Shown piece by piece: positions 12,601 to 24,444 of a DNA stretch of 64,000 nucleotides. This stretch comes from Malacoraja senta (lineage: Eukaryota): positions 85,994,001 to 86,058,000 of the forward strand of contig CM075979.1 in the NCBI GenBank assembly GCA_038087875.1, in the 5' to 3' direction. A program made the position numbers and the translations under genes. Every line of letters starts with the position of its first letter. Within the stretch, counting starts at the first letter, position 1. A model generated the notes under the pieces. That model made no database searches. It was not told where the DNA came from and saw only the letters and a list, made by a program, of their open reading frames with translations.

Positions 12601-15600
12601 GTCCTCAAGCTCCTGTACTACCTTCCCGATGGTATTAGTGAGATGAGAGTGTGGCCGTGGTGGACTGGATTTTAGATGATATCAGCTGCCTTCCAGAAGC
12701 AGCACTTCCTGTAGATCTCTTCAATGGTGGGAAGCTCATTATTGGTGGTGCACCAGGACTTTTTACAGCCTCCTTCATTGCTGGGCCTCGAACAAGACCA
12801 TGATGCAACCAGTCAGTACCCATTAAATATCACATTTTTTAGAAAAGTAAATTATATTTCTTCCTTTCCAAGGCATTCCTCAGTCCTGAAAATTCTGAAG
12901 AGCCTTATTTGGATGGTATCGGTTACAACTGCGTGGCCCCAGGGAAACGATTCATGCCTATGGATAACTTATCAGGAGGAGAAAAGTCTGTGGCAGCATT
13001 GGCATTGCTTTTTGCTATTCACAGGTAGACTGATCATTTCCTAATTTATTTGTAATTCAGAACAATCCTGCCTAATATCCATTTTTCATGCTTCTCCTTC
13101 AATACGGTTTCTCTTCAACTGATTGGTGGCGATGTTCCTCATTCAAACCATTTTAACAATATTGAAGCATCTGCAGATTTAACTGTGGGAACAGTGTGAT
13201 GGCCTTTACATAGGTATGTTACAAAACTTACCTTCAGTCGCGCTGTAATTCTGCCACTGGCCGTGTGCGCGATTTTGGCGCCTTTAAGGGGGGGCAGGGT
13301 TAAAACGCGGGTTTCTCCTCCCTTGTCCTGGTTAATATTTTGTTGGAGTACAAGCGTTGGCTGAAGAATCGTTCCTAGTGGCGTTTTGTGTATTTTTTAT
13401 TTTTATTAAATCGTCAATGTCAGCGCTAGAGTAATTTTAAAAGCTGCTCCTGAAGCGTCAACGCCGATAACGGGGACGGATTTCACACACGGGACAGGTA
13501 AACGAAAGTGGTTTCTTTAAATGTATAAAAGTGCTTCTTAAGAAGCCTTTAATTCACATTTTTTCATGCGACACGGTGATTTTATTCCCCGAATTAACAG
13601 CAGTATTTTTCATGCCAATACGGGGTTAAATTCACCGCAAATCAACGTTCCAAAAGATCGCGTTCCAGAAATCCTCACTCACAAGATGATTTAAATGCCC
13701 ATTAATTTACAGGTATTAAACATTCAATTCCTTCCATTTGGCCTGTAAATTCATGAAAATGAGATTTAAAAATTATGTTATATTGTGAATTATTGTGTGA
13801 ATGTTATTTGGACACTTAGGCTATTTAAAAATGTTAATCTATTCTTAAGAAATTGATAGATGTTTAATCTAGTAATTGAATTTTGTAATTAGCTACAATT
13901 AGGTAACTAACTAATTATATGCTTTACTTTCATGTCTTCTAAGTAAGATTGTTTCATATTTGTTTCAGAATGCTTCAATCTATAATAACTGAACATTTCT
14001 TTCAGTTATCTTAATTTTTAAGAAAGTTATGGGCTTTTAACTGTCCTCGATCACAGCTTTTGTGTTAAGTCAATGGAAAAGCAATAGGGAACAAGATGCT
14101 AATTTCCGAGTATGAAAATGGCCATAACTTCTTTAATACTGAAGATATGAAAGTGAATTAGGTGTCAAATTAAACTTCCTTTTATGCTTTATCTGATGGG
14201 ATAAATTGCAGACTTTATTTTTTAAATCTCAAAATCGCAAAATTTTGTAACATTGCTACTTTACACATTTAGTTGAGGCAGGTACTATCACAATGTTTAA
14301 GAAACATTTAGATAGCCAAGTGGATAGAACAGGTTTAGAGATATATGGGCCACAGATGGGACCAGTGTAGATAGGGCATGTTGATTAGTGTGGGCAAGTT
14401 GGGCTGAAGAGCCTGTTTCCACACTGTAAAACTCTGAATTTGAGATTATTAAGGAGCCAGGATATGGTACTGAATAGATCAAGCAAATAACAGAAAATAT
14501 GGATGTTGTTAAAGGGGTTGTTGTAGCCTTGGTGATTTAGAATCCCATTCTGAGTGAGAGGTGGAGACTTCAGGTTGAGTTATGAAATAGAAAATAATTT
14601 AAGGTCAATTAGCCAATGTAAATTGCCTCCTTTGTGTAGGTAAATAGAAGGATCTGTGTAATAAGAATAAAATAACGTGGAATTAGTTAGTATAAATGGA
14701 TGTTTGCTGATCAGCGCAGATTTAGTGGACTGGATGGAGTACCTGTTTCTATGCTGTATCTATGACTATGGAGCTGTATAGTGATAAAGTTCATAAAATA
14801 CATACATTTGATAAACGGGGGAAAACTATTCAAGATCCAAGTAAATGGAGATAATGGAAATAAATGTCAAGCAAGTCAGAGCAACGAAAAGGCTGAAAAG
14901 AGTTGAGACCCAGGACAGATAATGTTTTAAATACACAAAACATTTTTACAAAGAAATATAAAGCACAAGCTTGATCAATGAAAACATATAATGAAGTTGA
15001 GAGAATCTAGGGAATTGTAGGCCAGTGAGTCTAACGTTAGTGGTAGGAAAGCTACTGAAGAGGATTCTTCAGTATATAATTTACTCCCATTTGGAAGAGA
15101 ATTCGTTAATTTAGGAGAGCATAGACAATAGGTGCAGGAGTAGGCCATTCGGCACTTCAAGCTAGCACCGCCATTCAATATGACCATGGCTGATCATCCC
15201 CAATCAGTACCCTGTTCCTACCTTCTCCCCATATCCCGACTCCACTATCTTTAAGAGCCCTATCTAGCTCTCTCTTGAAAGCATCCATAAACACAAGAGT
15301 TCCCAGCACAGCTTCCTGTGGAACTCCACTCGTACCTTGTAAAATGTCCAGAGCCATGCTTTTTCACACAGAGTTGTGAGTCTGTGGAATTCTCTGCCTC
15401 AGAGGGCGGTGGAGGCTGGTTCGCTATATATATATATATGTTTGTTTGAAGTTGTGTTTAATAGTCTGATGGCTATGGGGAAGAAGCTGTTCCTGAACTT
15501 GGCTGTTGCAGATTTCAGGCTCCTGTACCTTCTACCTGATGGCAGCGGAGAGATGAATGTATGGCCAGGATGGTGTGGGTCCTTGATGATGCTGGCAGCC

Positions 15601-18600
15601 TTTTTGAGGCAGTGACTGCAATAGATCCCCTCGATGGTAGGGAGATCAGAGCCGATGATGGACTGGGCAGTGTTTACAACTTTTTGCAGCCTTTTCCGCT
15701 CCTGGATGCTCAGGTTGCTGTACCAAGCCACGATACAACCGGTCAGCATGCTCTCTATTGTGCACCTGTAGAAGTTCGAAAGAGTCCTCCTTGACATACC
15801 GACTCTCCGTAATCTTCTCAGGAGATGACTTGGACATAAACATATGTCTGGTTAGTTAGCGCGTTTGTGGATGACCTGCTCGCCATATTTATAAATGATT
15901 ATGCTGATGGGAGAGAGAGCCATAAATCCAGGTTTGCCAATTGCTCATTGGTACATGGCATTGGAAATATATGCCTCTCCCAGAGGTCCCAGTTTCTAGC
16001 AGAAGCTGGGTCTAAGGGAATGCTTTTTCATGGAGGCCAACAGGGCACTCTAAATTTTAGAAGACTTCCTGCCTGTTGAATTAGCACTCTGTAAAGATGG
16101 TGTAAGCACAGTAGTCCCATTCAAACAAATGGAACAAATCAATTACTGGGAGAAAGATAGGCAGAGGTAAACTTAAAAAAAATTAGTTATGTCTTCAAAT
16201 GTGTGCGTTGAATGTTTGGATATCTCAAAGATATTCACAAAAATTGAAATACATTGACAAACATCCTACTTTAACGGAAATGCGAGGTAGATTTACTGGA
16301 CTGACACCTGGATTCTAAGGGTTTAAGTAAGTAACAAAATTGGAGAAATTAAAATATTTAGCTATTCAATTGAAGCTTTCAAAACAAAGAACCTGATGAG
16401 GTGAATAGAAAACCATTTCTGCTGTTAAGGTGAATCAGCTGAAACGTTAGTCCTAGGACAGGTAATTTTAAGTGTATTAAAGGCTGTGTGGTTTAGGTCC
16501 ATGCCACTCAGCCACAAAATCAGACATCAGCCACAGTGTGATCTTGCTGAATTGGTTGATGGACTATACAATCCACTCCCATTTCTGTGTTAACTGAAGA
16601 AAGAAGCACGTTTTTTTTTAAAGAAAAAAAAACACTTAAAAAAATATATATATTATTAGAAGCAAGTAGTATAAACCGCGGCATATGACAAAATGCATTT
16701 ATTGTACATCTTCCATTTTAATTTTGACAAAAATGAAATAGAAAAAGAGAGAAAGAGCAAGAAAGAAAGTGAAAGAGATAGTGACTGTGTTAAAATATAA
16801 CCCCTAAACTACCAAAGAGTGTAGCCACAGAGTGTAAGTCAAAACTTTTTTAAAAAAAGACAAGAATGAAAAATAATTTTAAAAAGACCAAAACGTGTTG
16901 ATATACACTTTTTTAAACATAGCTGTCTGTTTCAGTTACCGGCCAGCACCCTTTTTTGTACTTGATGAAGTTGACGCTGCTTTGGACAACACAAACATCG
17001 GAAAAGTAAGTAACCATGTGCGGAAAAGTAGATTTCCCAGCAATCACTATAAATCACTATTAATTTAGCAAAGAATTCTCAATATTCCAATTAAGCAGAA
17101 TGGATATTATCTTTTTGTAGCAGTTGATGTTCAGACTGTAAGATTTAAGACTGCACCAATACCAGTATAATCTAGCAACTAATTCAAGGGATGTGATCCT
17201 TTGTGCGGAATGCTGCAGCATTTTAACATTGTGAAAGAATTTAGCTACTTGTGGAAGGAGGATTGTTGGACAAACCATATAACCATATAACCATAACAGC
17301 ACGGAAACAGGCCATCTCGGCCCTTCAAGTCCGTGCCGAACATTTAATTTTTTTTTTTTTTTTTTTTTTAATTAAAAATAAAATACTTCCCCCTAGTCCC
17401 ATCTACCTGCACTCAGACCATAACCCTCCATTCCTTTACCGTCCATATACCCATCCAATCTATTTTTAAAGGATAACATCGAACCTGCCTCCACCACTTC
17501 CACTGGAAGCTCATTCCACACAGCTACCACTCTCTGAGTAAAGAAGTTCCCCCTAATGTTCCCCCTAAACTTCTGTCCCTTAATTCTCAAGTCATGTCCC
17601 CTTGTTTGAATCTTCCCTACTCTCAATGGGAAAAGCTTATCCACGTCCACTCTGTCTAACCCGCTCATAATTTTAAAGACCTCTATCAAGTCCCCTCTTA
17701 ACCTTCTGCGCTCCAAAGAATAAAGACCTAACTTGTTCAACCTTTCTCTGTAACTTAGTTGCTGAAACCCAGGCAACATTCTAGTAAATCTCCTCTGTAC
17801 TCTCTCTCTATTTTGTTGACATCCTTCCTATAATTAGGCGACCAAAATTGTACTCCATACTCCAGAATTGGCCTCACCAATGCCTTGTACAATTTTAACA
17901 TTACATCCCAACTTCTATATTCAATGCTCTGATTTATAAAGGCCAGCACACCAAAAGCTTTCTTTACCACCCTATCTACATGAGATTCCACCTTCAGGGA
18001 ACTATGCACAGTTATTCCTAGATCCCTCTGTTCAACTGCATTCCTCAATTCGCTACCATTTACCGTGTACGTCCTATTTTGATTTGTCCTGCCGAGATGT
18101 AGCACCTCACATTTGTCAGCATTAAACTCCATCTGCCATCTTTCAGCCCACTCTTCCAAATGGCCTAAATCTCTCTGTAGACTTTGAAAATCTACTTCAT
18201 TATCCACAACACCACCTATCTTAGTATCATCTGCATACTTACTAATCCAATTTTCCACACCTTCATCCAGATCATTGATGTACATGACAAACAACAGTGG
18301 ACCCAACACAGACCCCTGAGGCACCCCACTAGTCACCGGCCTCCAACCTGACAAACAGCCATCCACCATTACTCTCTGGCATCTCCCATTCAGCCACTGT
18401 TGAATCCATCTTGCTACTCCACCATTAATACCCAACAATTGAATCTTCTTAACCAACCTTCCATGAGGAACCTTGTCAAAGGCCTTACTGAAGTCCATAT
18501 AGACAACATCCACTGCTTTACCCTCATCAATTTCCCTAGTAACCTCTTCGAAAAATTCAAGAAGATTAGTCAAGCATGACCTTCCAGGCACAAATCCATG

Positions 18601-21600
18601 TTGACTGTTCCTAATCAGACCCTGCTTATCCAGATGCTTATATATATTATCTTTAAGTATCCTTTCCATTAATTTGCCCACCACTGACGTCAAACTAACC
18701 GGTCTATAATTGCTAGGTTTACTCTTCGAACCCTTTTTAAACAACGGAACAACATGCGCAGTACGCCAATCCTCCGGCACTATTCCCGTTTCTCATGACA
18801 TTTGAAATATTTCTGTCATAGCCCCTGCTATTTCTACACTAACTTCCCTCAATGTCCTAGGGAATATCCTGTCAGGACCTGGAGACTTATCCGTTTTCAT
18901 ATTTTTCAAAAGTGTCCGCACCTCCTCTTCTTTGAATCTCACAGTTTCCATTGCTACTCTGCTTGTTTCCCTTACCTCACATAATTCCATATCCTTCTCC
19001 TTCGTGAATACCGAAGAAAAGAAATTGTTCAAATACAGGTTGTAATCAAATGCAGATATACCCTTGTAATCAAATGCAGATATACCCTTGCACAGAAAAC
19101 CTTTACCCATGGAGTAGTTTCCAGTGAATGTGATAAATTCCTAAGGAAAGAGGAAATGGAGAGTGGAGCAATATAGAGTGAAGAATAACTTTGCCAAGTA
19201 ATGAATCTATAGCCGCCTGGTACTTTCCAGATTTTTCCTATCATTGGTCATTAGACAATAGACAATAGGTGCAGAGTAGGCCATTCGGCCCTTCGAGCCA
19301 GCACCGCCATTCAATGTGATCAAGGCTGATCTTCCCCAATCAGTACGCCATTCCTGCGTTTGGGTGGGAAATGGAACAAAAGCATCATTCCCATCTTCCC
19401 TTTTAAAACTGTTATATTCTTATGCTTAGGTTACAAGTTACATCCGAGAACAATCCAAAAGTAATTTTCAGGTGATTGTGATCTCGCTAAAAGAAGAATT
19501 TTATTCAAAAGCTGATGCACTAATTGGAGTATATCCAGAGGTACTGTTTCAATGGAAATTTTTATTCCAATTATTTTTTGATATGCTGTATGTGTGTTTC
19601 ACCTGTGTTTAACTAAATGTATTGATTTGCCAACAAGGATAGACTGATCAGATCTAATAGTCCACATGGATAACCAAGTTTGAACTATCAGTTCTTTGCT
19701 CAGCTTATCCCTTTTTACCATTGCAACAAAGCCAGGATCTACCCTTATTCTATAAGGAGGCAGTAGATCATACCGAGCAACACCAGGTGTACGTAAGAAT
19801 TAGGTGCCACCCTGGTGAAACTTGATGAATGCTACACAGAACTAATAGACAGAGCTAAATGTCAACTTATCACATCGGATCCTATTTAAAAAAAATCCTG
19901 CCACATCTCATCAACTGAATAATTAACGAGATAAGCAACTCTAAGAACAACCCAACCCCCATCCTCAATAATGATAGAGCCCAGAATCATATTCAACCAA
20001 AAGAAACCAGATGATCCATTCTTCCCAAGATTCACAACATCACAGAAACTAGCAATACCCAAAAGCAAGACACATAAATGAAAGGTCCTCTTCTAATTTA
20101 CAAATACATGCAGTGCTTTCTAAGATTGCAGTTCAGAAAAATCACGTAGAACTAATTTCTCTGTTCATTGTCTGTAATTTTACTCTATTATTCCCAAAAG
20201 GAATATAATTTTATAAAACAAATGCAGTGACGCAGCATTAGAGTTACTGCCTTGCAGCTCCGCAGACCCGGGTTCGATCCAAATTACGGGTGCTGTCTGT
20301 ACGGAGTTTGTACGTTCTTCCAGTGACCATGTGGGTTTTCACCGAGATCTTCGGTTTCCTCCCACATTCCAAAGACGTACTGGTTTGTAGGTAAATTGGC
20401 TTGGTAAATGTAAAAATTGTCCCTAGTGTGTGTAGGAAAGTGGTAATATGTGGGGAATCGTTGGTCGGCGCAGACTCGGTGGGTCGAAGGGCCTGTTTCT
20501 GCGCTGTATCTTTATGCTAAACTAAAATCCGTGGACTCTAGGAAAAATGCTTGAACATTACAGACTTTAATTCTATAAATCACAGATATCTAATTTTACT
20601 TTTACTCAGTATCAAGAAACCTTGCTTCGGCATCCAAATTAAGAATGTAGCAAAGGGACAATTTACCTGGAGGCTTTGGTTGAATTCAGTGTTTGACTGG
20701 CCAGAAACATTGTTCAAAATTGGTTCGGCCACGTTTGGGGATATAGCGTGCGATTCTGATCACCACATTGTAGGGAGGATGTGGAGGCTTAGGAAAGGGT
20801 GCAGAAGAGGTTCACCAGTATTTTACCTGGATTAATGTATTAGCCATAAGGAGAGGTTACATGGATGGTTTTCCATGGCATGTAGGAAGATGAAAGGTTA
20901 CCTGATAGAAGTATCTGAAATTGTGAATGTTCTTCCCTAGTGTGGAAATGTCAAATACAAGGGGGCATGGATTTAAATTGAAAGAGAAGGTTTAAGGGAG
21001 ATTTGCAGGACATGTTTTTGTTTTACAAAGAGTGCCAAAAGCCTGGATGTGTTAGATGCATACAATAGCTGCATTTAGAGTGATGCCTGAACCGATAAAT
21101 AGGGGAAATGAACTCTAGAAGCAAACGGGATTAGTTTAGATTTACATCATGGTCAGCACAGACAAGGTGAGCTGAAAGGCTGGTACCTGTATCATACTGA
21201 TCTGTACAATTCTGTTCTCCAAACTCCCAACAATTCCAATTGGTTGGATGTAAATCTCACTTTATTTGGATGCATATAAAATGATATATTTCCATTCCTT
21301 TGGATAAAAGCCTAATTATTTACAATACTTCTGATCTTTCTGGGGAAAATTCCAGCTATTCACTTGAGTTGCATCCAGTCGCCAAGTTCCATTGACATCA
21401 TCAGTGCTGTCAATTGAAAGGTATAACAATTTCAGTATTCAGAGGTTTAAATAGTACTAGACTAAGTGGGACCCGTTGGGTCCCATGTTCATACGGGAGG
21501 ACTGGTCCCCCAACGCAATATTCCACCTCCACCAATTCCAATATTGGTGGCCAGTGGGGAGGTGGGGGGGGCTTGCTGGAGCGCTAGTGTGGGTGCCTTC

Positions 21601-22895
21601 CACCACAGTGATGAGTGCTGTGGTGGATGTTTGTGTTAAATTTTTTTATTGTGTTTTGTGTGTTCTTTTTTATTGTACAGCTGCTGGCAAATTTATTTCA
21701 CTTGCACACAATAAAACTTGATTGATTGTGGGCAGAAGGGACTGGTTTCCAGAGGGCTAGTATGGACATTGTGGGCCAAATGGATTCTTGGGCTGGCAGC
21801 TCAGTCACTCATTCCTGGTGGGCTGGCAGTTCAGTCACAGGGCCGGTAGGCTGGCAGCTCAGTCACTCAGGGCTGGCAGCTCAGTCACTCAGGGCTGGTG
21901 GGTTGGCAGCTCAGTTACTCAGGGCTGGTGGGCTGGCAGATCAGTCCCTCAGGGCTGGCAGTTCACTCATGGCTATTTCTTGAAATTCCATTTCAATAGA
22001 AATATAGAAAATAGTTGCAGGAGGCCATTCGGCCCCGAGCCAGCACCGCCATTCATTGCGATCATGGCTGATCGTCCCCAATCAATAACCCGTGCCTGCC
22101 TTCTCCCCATATCCCTTGATTCCACTAGCCCCTAGAGCTCTATCTAACACTCTCTTAAATCCTACATTCAAGCAGATTAATTCAAGCAGAGTGCAGGCCA
22201 CCACATTGAATTTCACAGCATTTCAGGCAGAGTGCATGCCACCACATTGAATTTCACAGCATTTCAGGCAGAGTGCAGGCCACCAAATTGCCAAACAACT
22301 CATTGCATTGTCATTAAAGGCTAACAAATCATTTATTGCAAGTACATTACAGACTCACAGTTCAGTTGATTCACAGCTTAGAATGACAGTTGTAGCCTCT
22401 CCCTCAAGATCTTCCAGAGTGACTGATTCACGTCCAGGCATCCGGGGTTTTATAGCCCTGTCCCCCCCGGAAGGGGTGTTACCTTCACCGTGGTAATTGA
22501 CAGGCGAGAGGACCAATCAGCTGATCAAGATTTTTTTTAAACACTCAACTTTTCTATTTTTCATCGGTCAGAAAAATCCTCGGGGCTGCCTCAGTGGAGG
22601 ACTGTGAGAGTAAGATGGCCAAAAATCAGCCATATAGGACAGCGTTTTTTCTAAAATCAATATACAGCGCAGACGGGAAGTGGTCAAGATGAGACTTTTA
22701 GTTATGTAGATATCCTCAATCGCAGTCTACTCTGTAGTTGTTTATTAGATAAATTAGTTAAACACAAAAAATGCTAACATTTAGTTTCTGTTGCAGCAAG
22801 GCGAATGTATGTCCAGTCAACTTCTGACCTTTGACCTTACCCTTTACCCTGAAAATACCAAATTGGAAGAGAGGCAACAGCTTGAGGAAGACTAA
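512..22895 (+). CDS. SMC1B: Structural maintenance of chromosomes 1B (meiotic cohesin), 3' part, 11 coding exons; 5' exons lie upstream of the window
   Basis: Spliced exons give a continuous SMC1 C-terminal coiled coil plus ABC head. SMC1B-type segments include [59 protein letters not shown] and LDEVDAALD. The neighbour is FAM118A, as in human. Confidence 0.95.
770..911 (+). CDS. SMC1B: SMC1B exon (142 nt) [17 protein letters not shown]...EIVKLKK
   Basis: ttttgcAG / GTaatg; EFENQKTRL conserved; follows a 151-nt intron. Confidence 0.93.
2547..2692 (+). CDS. SMC1B: SMC1B exon (146 nt) [11 protein letters not shown]...RKKVSNAD
   Basis: tcacAG / GTacat; phase 0 to 2; coiled coil. Confidence 0.9.
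3997..4144 (+). CDS. SMC1B: SMC1B exon (148 nt) RELTKLQKE...[19 protein letters not shown]...EEISE
   Basis: ctctAG / GTaaat; EQKR..RHNLL..CK conserved. Confidence 0.93.
4826..5207. repeat. 25-bp minisatellite (TGAAAATGCAAAAGTGGTGTTGGTT)n, about 14-15 copies
   Basis: Direct reading; gives 25-aa periodicity in the three minus-frame ORFs. Confidence 0.95.
5539..5662. repeat. 48-bp tandem repeat, about 2.6 copies, inside the Helitron
   Basis: TTTGGTGGCCTTGCACCCTGCTTGAAATGGTATGAAACTGCAYTTGAA; 16-aa periodicity in the ORF track. Confidence 0.9.
5967..6835 (+). mobile_element. Second Helitron (family B) abutting the first, with duplicated 3' terminus
   Basis: GGGGAC..GTCCCC hairpin plus CTAG|T at 6590-6593 and again at 6832-6835; head similar to the element at 48534-48870. 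Confidence 0.65.
7729..7827 (+). CDS. SMC1B: SMC1B exon (99 nt) [33 protein letters not shown]
   Basis: ttgcAG / GTaagg; diagnostic SMC1B-type segment. Confidence 0.92.
7877..8615 (-). mobile_element. 5'-truncated CR1 LINE, 3' part
   Basis: [13 protein letters not shown] and RTRGHSLR motifs; tail read as aaacatag on +. Confidence 0.9.
9347..9503 (+). CDS. SMC1B: SMC1B exon (157 nt) GLTSFKE...[23 protein letters not shown]
   Basis: cactAG / GTaggt; APNMxA..KL..V.DKFQ motif. Confidence 0.92.
10618..10772 (+). CDS. SMC1B: SMC1B exon (155 nt) [35 protein letters not shown]...NSSAQ
   Basis: gttAG / GTaagc; strong similarity to SMC1B. Confidence 0.95.
12340..12820 (-). mobile_element. Degraded Rex1/Babar-like LINE 3' fragment
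   Basis: Similar to the copy at 15440-15825 (ctcctgtac..cttcccgatgg). Confidence 0.6.
12873..13024 (+). CDS. SMC1B: SMC1B exon (152 nt) [50 protein letters not shown] (ABC signature)
   Basis: ccaAG / GTagac; LSGGEK signature motif. Confidence 0.96.
13211..14258. mobile_element. Non-autonomous TIR DNA transposon
   Basis: TIRs TAGGTATGTTACAAAA / TAGCAATGTTACAAAA; flanking direct repeat CTTTACA (13204-13210, 14259-14265). Confidence 0.8.
15440..15825 (-). mobile_element. Rex1/Babar-like LINE, C-terminal fragment
   Basis: [21 protein letters not shown]...[28 protein letters not shown] is the typical Rex1-type RT C-terminus. Confidence 0.8.
16936..17005 (+). CDS. SMC1B: SMC1B exon (70 nt) [24 protein letters not shown] (Walker B / D-loop)
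   Basis: tttcAG / GTaagt. Confidence 0.96.
17272..19035 (-). mobile_element. Young 5'-truncated CR1 LINE with RT domain
   Basis: 341-aa ORF with [25 protein letters not shown]; (ATATGGTT)n tail at about 17272-17295; few frameshifts. Confidence 0.95.
19430..19540 (+). CDS. SMC1B: SMC1B exon (111 nt) [37 protein letters not shown]
   Basis: cttAG / GTactg; [10 protein letters not shown] conserved. Confidence 0.95.
20222..20527 (+). mobile_element. tRNA-derived V-SINE (HE1-like)
   Basis: B-box GGTTCGATCC, central GGTTTCCTCCCACATTCCAAAGAC domain, CR1-like tail GAAGGGCCTGTTTC..CTAAACTAAA. Confidence 0.85.
20730..21205 (+). mobile_element. Old degraded CR1 3' fragment
   Basis: gtgcagaagaggttcacca, aaggggcatggatttaa, gaaaggctggtacctgt. 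Confidence 0.6.
21457..22710 (-). mobile_element. Complete non-autonomous Helitron (family A) with nested insertions
   Basis: Minus strand reads A|TCTACATAACTAAAAG ... GGGACCC-AAC-GGGTCCC-ACTTAGT-CTAG|T; collinear with 5234-5966. Confidence 0.8.
22797..22895 (+). CDS. SMC1B: SMC1B last coding exon [32 protein letters not shown]
   Basis: ttgcAG acceptor; LTFDLT.YP motif; TAA 22893-22895. Confidence 0.92.
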   Translation, partial: QGECMSSQLLTFDLTLYPENTKLEERQQLEED

Positions 22896-24444
22896 AATAA
22901 CATCTACATTGGTTTAATGCATTGAGAGAAACAGTTGTCATCTTTAAACATGGTAGTTAACTCTATTGTTTGCCAGACTGAGCAAGAAATAGTTGTACTC
23001 ACATTCATGATTTTGAAAGTTTTAGTTTCTCTAAAATTTAAAGAGAGAAGCAATAATAAGTGTTTAATTAATATAAGATTGAATTGACCAGTTACTACTT
23101 GGCTATTAATTGTTCAGTTCCTCCATCCCTAAATTTAAAAAAAACGTATTAGATATACCACAATATTGTGCTTCGTGCAGAGAACACAATAATCACATTT
23201 ATCCTTAAATAGAGCTGCCATAAAAATGAAAAGTATTAATAATGGTTTCACTAAAGGATTTAAAGATAGATTATAAAATCTGCACTGTTGTTAATATTGT
23301 ATTTTAGCATTAGGAAAAAATATTCATAGAGAACTATTTTAATTGAATAATGTTACATTCTTACTAGTTTTGCAGTTCATGTTTGCTCCCTATGAAAGAT
23401 TGCCATTTATTCCCCTTGCATGAACCCGTTTTTATTACCATAATGCCAGCTACAAATTATTATAAACCTGTACTGCAGGGTTCAGATTAAATATGGCCCA
23501 TGTATGCAGTATAATCCAATTGTTACTTTTATTTAAACATTAGGCACTTTTTGGCTAACATCACCAACACAAAATAGATCACTGAAATTATCCTAACAAT
23601 GGTACAATAGCAGACCCAAACTGATGGATCCATGCATCAAATACTAATATCTGTAATGCATTGCATTTTGCAGAAACAGTTGAACTGTAAACATTGTCTC
23701 CATTTTCAATTACTTTTAAAGCCTTTAATTTTGTTTCTTAATGCATATTACTTTTCTACTCGTGTATTATCTAAATGTATGTACATTTCATTTGATTTTA
23801 AATTGCAGTTCAATATTTAATGTCTGGGATGATAAACTTTTTCTTTGATTTTTGTGCTGAAGTTAAAATAATTTAAAGTAATCTTAAAAGTGGAGGCATC
23901 AATTTGCTTAACACTAAATACCAGAAAGGAATAATGGCCAGTATAATCAATCCAGGAAAAAATCAAACTAATGGGAGAAAACAAATGTCAGAAAATAGAG
24001 GGAGAGCCCTTTAAAAGTGAACAAAAGGATCAGTGCCTGTACATTAAGCGGCTGATAGACAAAGGGCAAAAGAGATATTCGGTGACATTGTTCCCATGAC
24101 ATGAAGGCAGAAAAGGATACCACAGAAAAATGACCAGCGAGGCAGCAGAAACAAGCAAAACATGATTAATTGTGCAAGAAACAAATTACAGATTGTGGAA
24201 TGATGCATGAAGATATACAGGATCGAAAAGATAATGGTCAGAAATGTTAAGTTTAAATGAGTGATTAAGCAATGCTTTTACATTTTTATTGAAAAGTTGA
24301 GAAATTTCATTTTTCTTGTATTTGACACATTTTCTCAAAATAAAAATTGAGTTCTGTTTATTCATACGATTTATACTATATAAAATTGAAAGGTCAATGT
24401 TAACACCATGTATTAATCAAAGCCAGTGCCTTGATGTTGTACAC

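Noticed and set aside
20222-20300. tRNA gene
   Set aside because: The tRNA-like head continues into a SINE body and LINE-like tail, and several decayed copies occur in the window.
512-22895. SMC1A assignment
   Set aside because: Diagnostic segments (ESTQAT, RRYDLF, KRFMPMD, LDEVD) and the FAM118A neighbour favour SMC1B.
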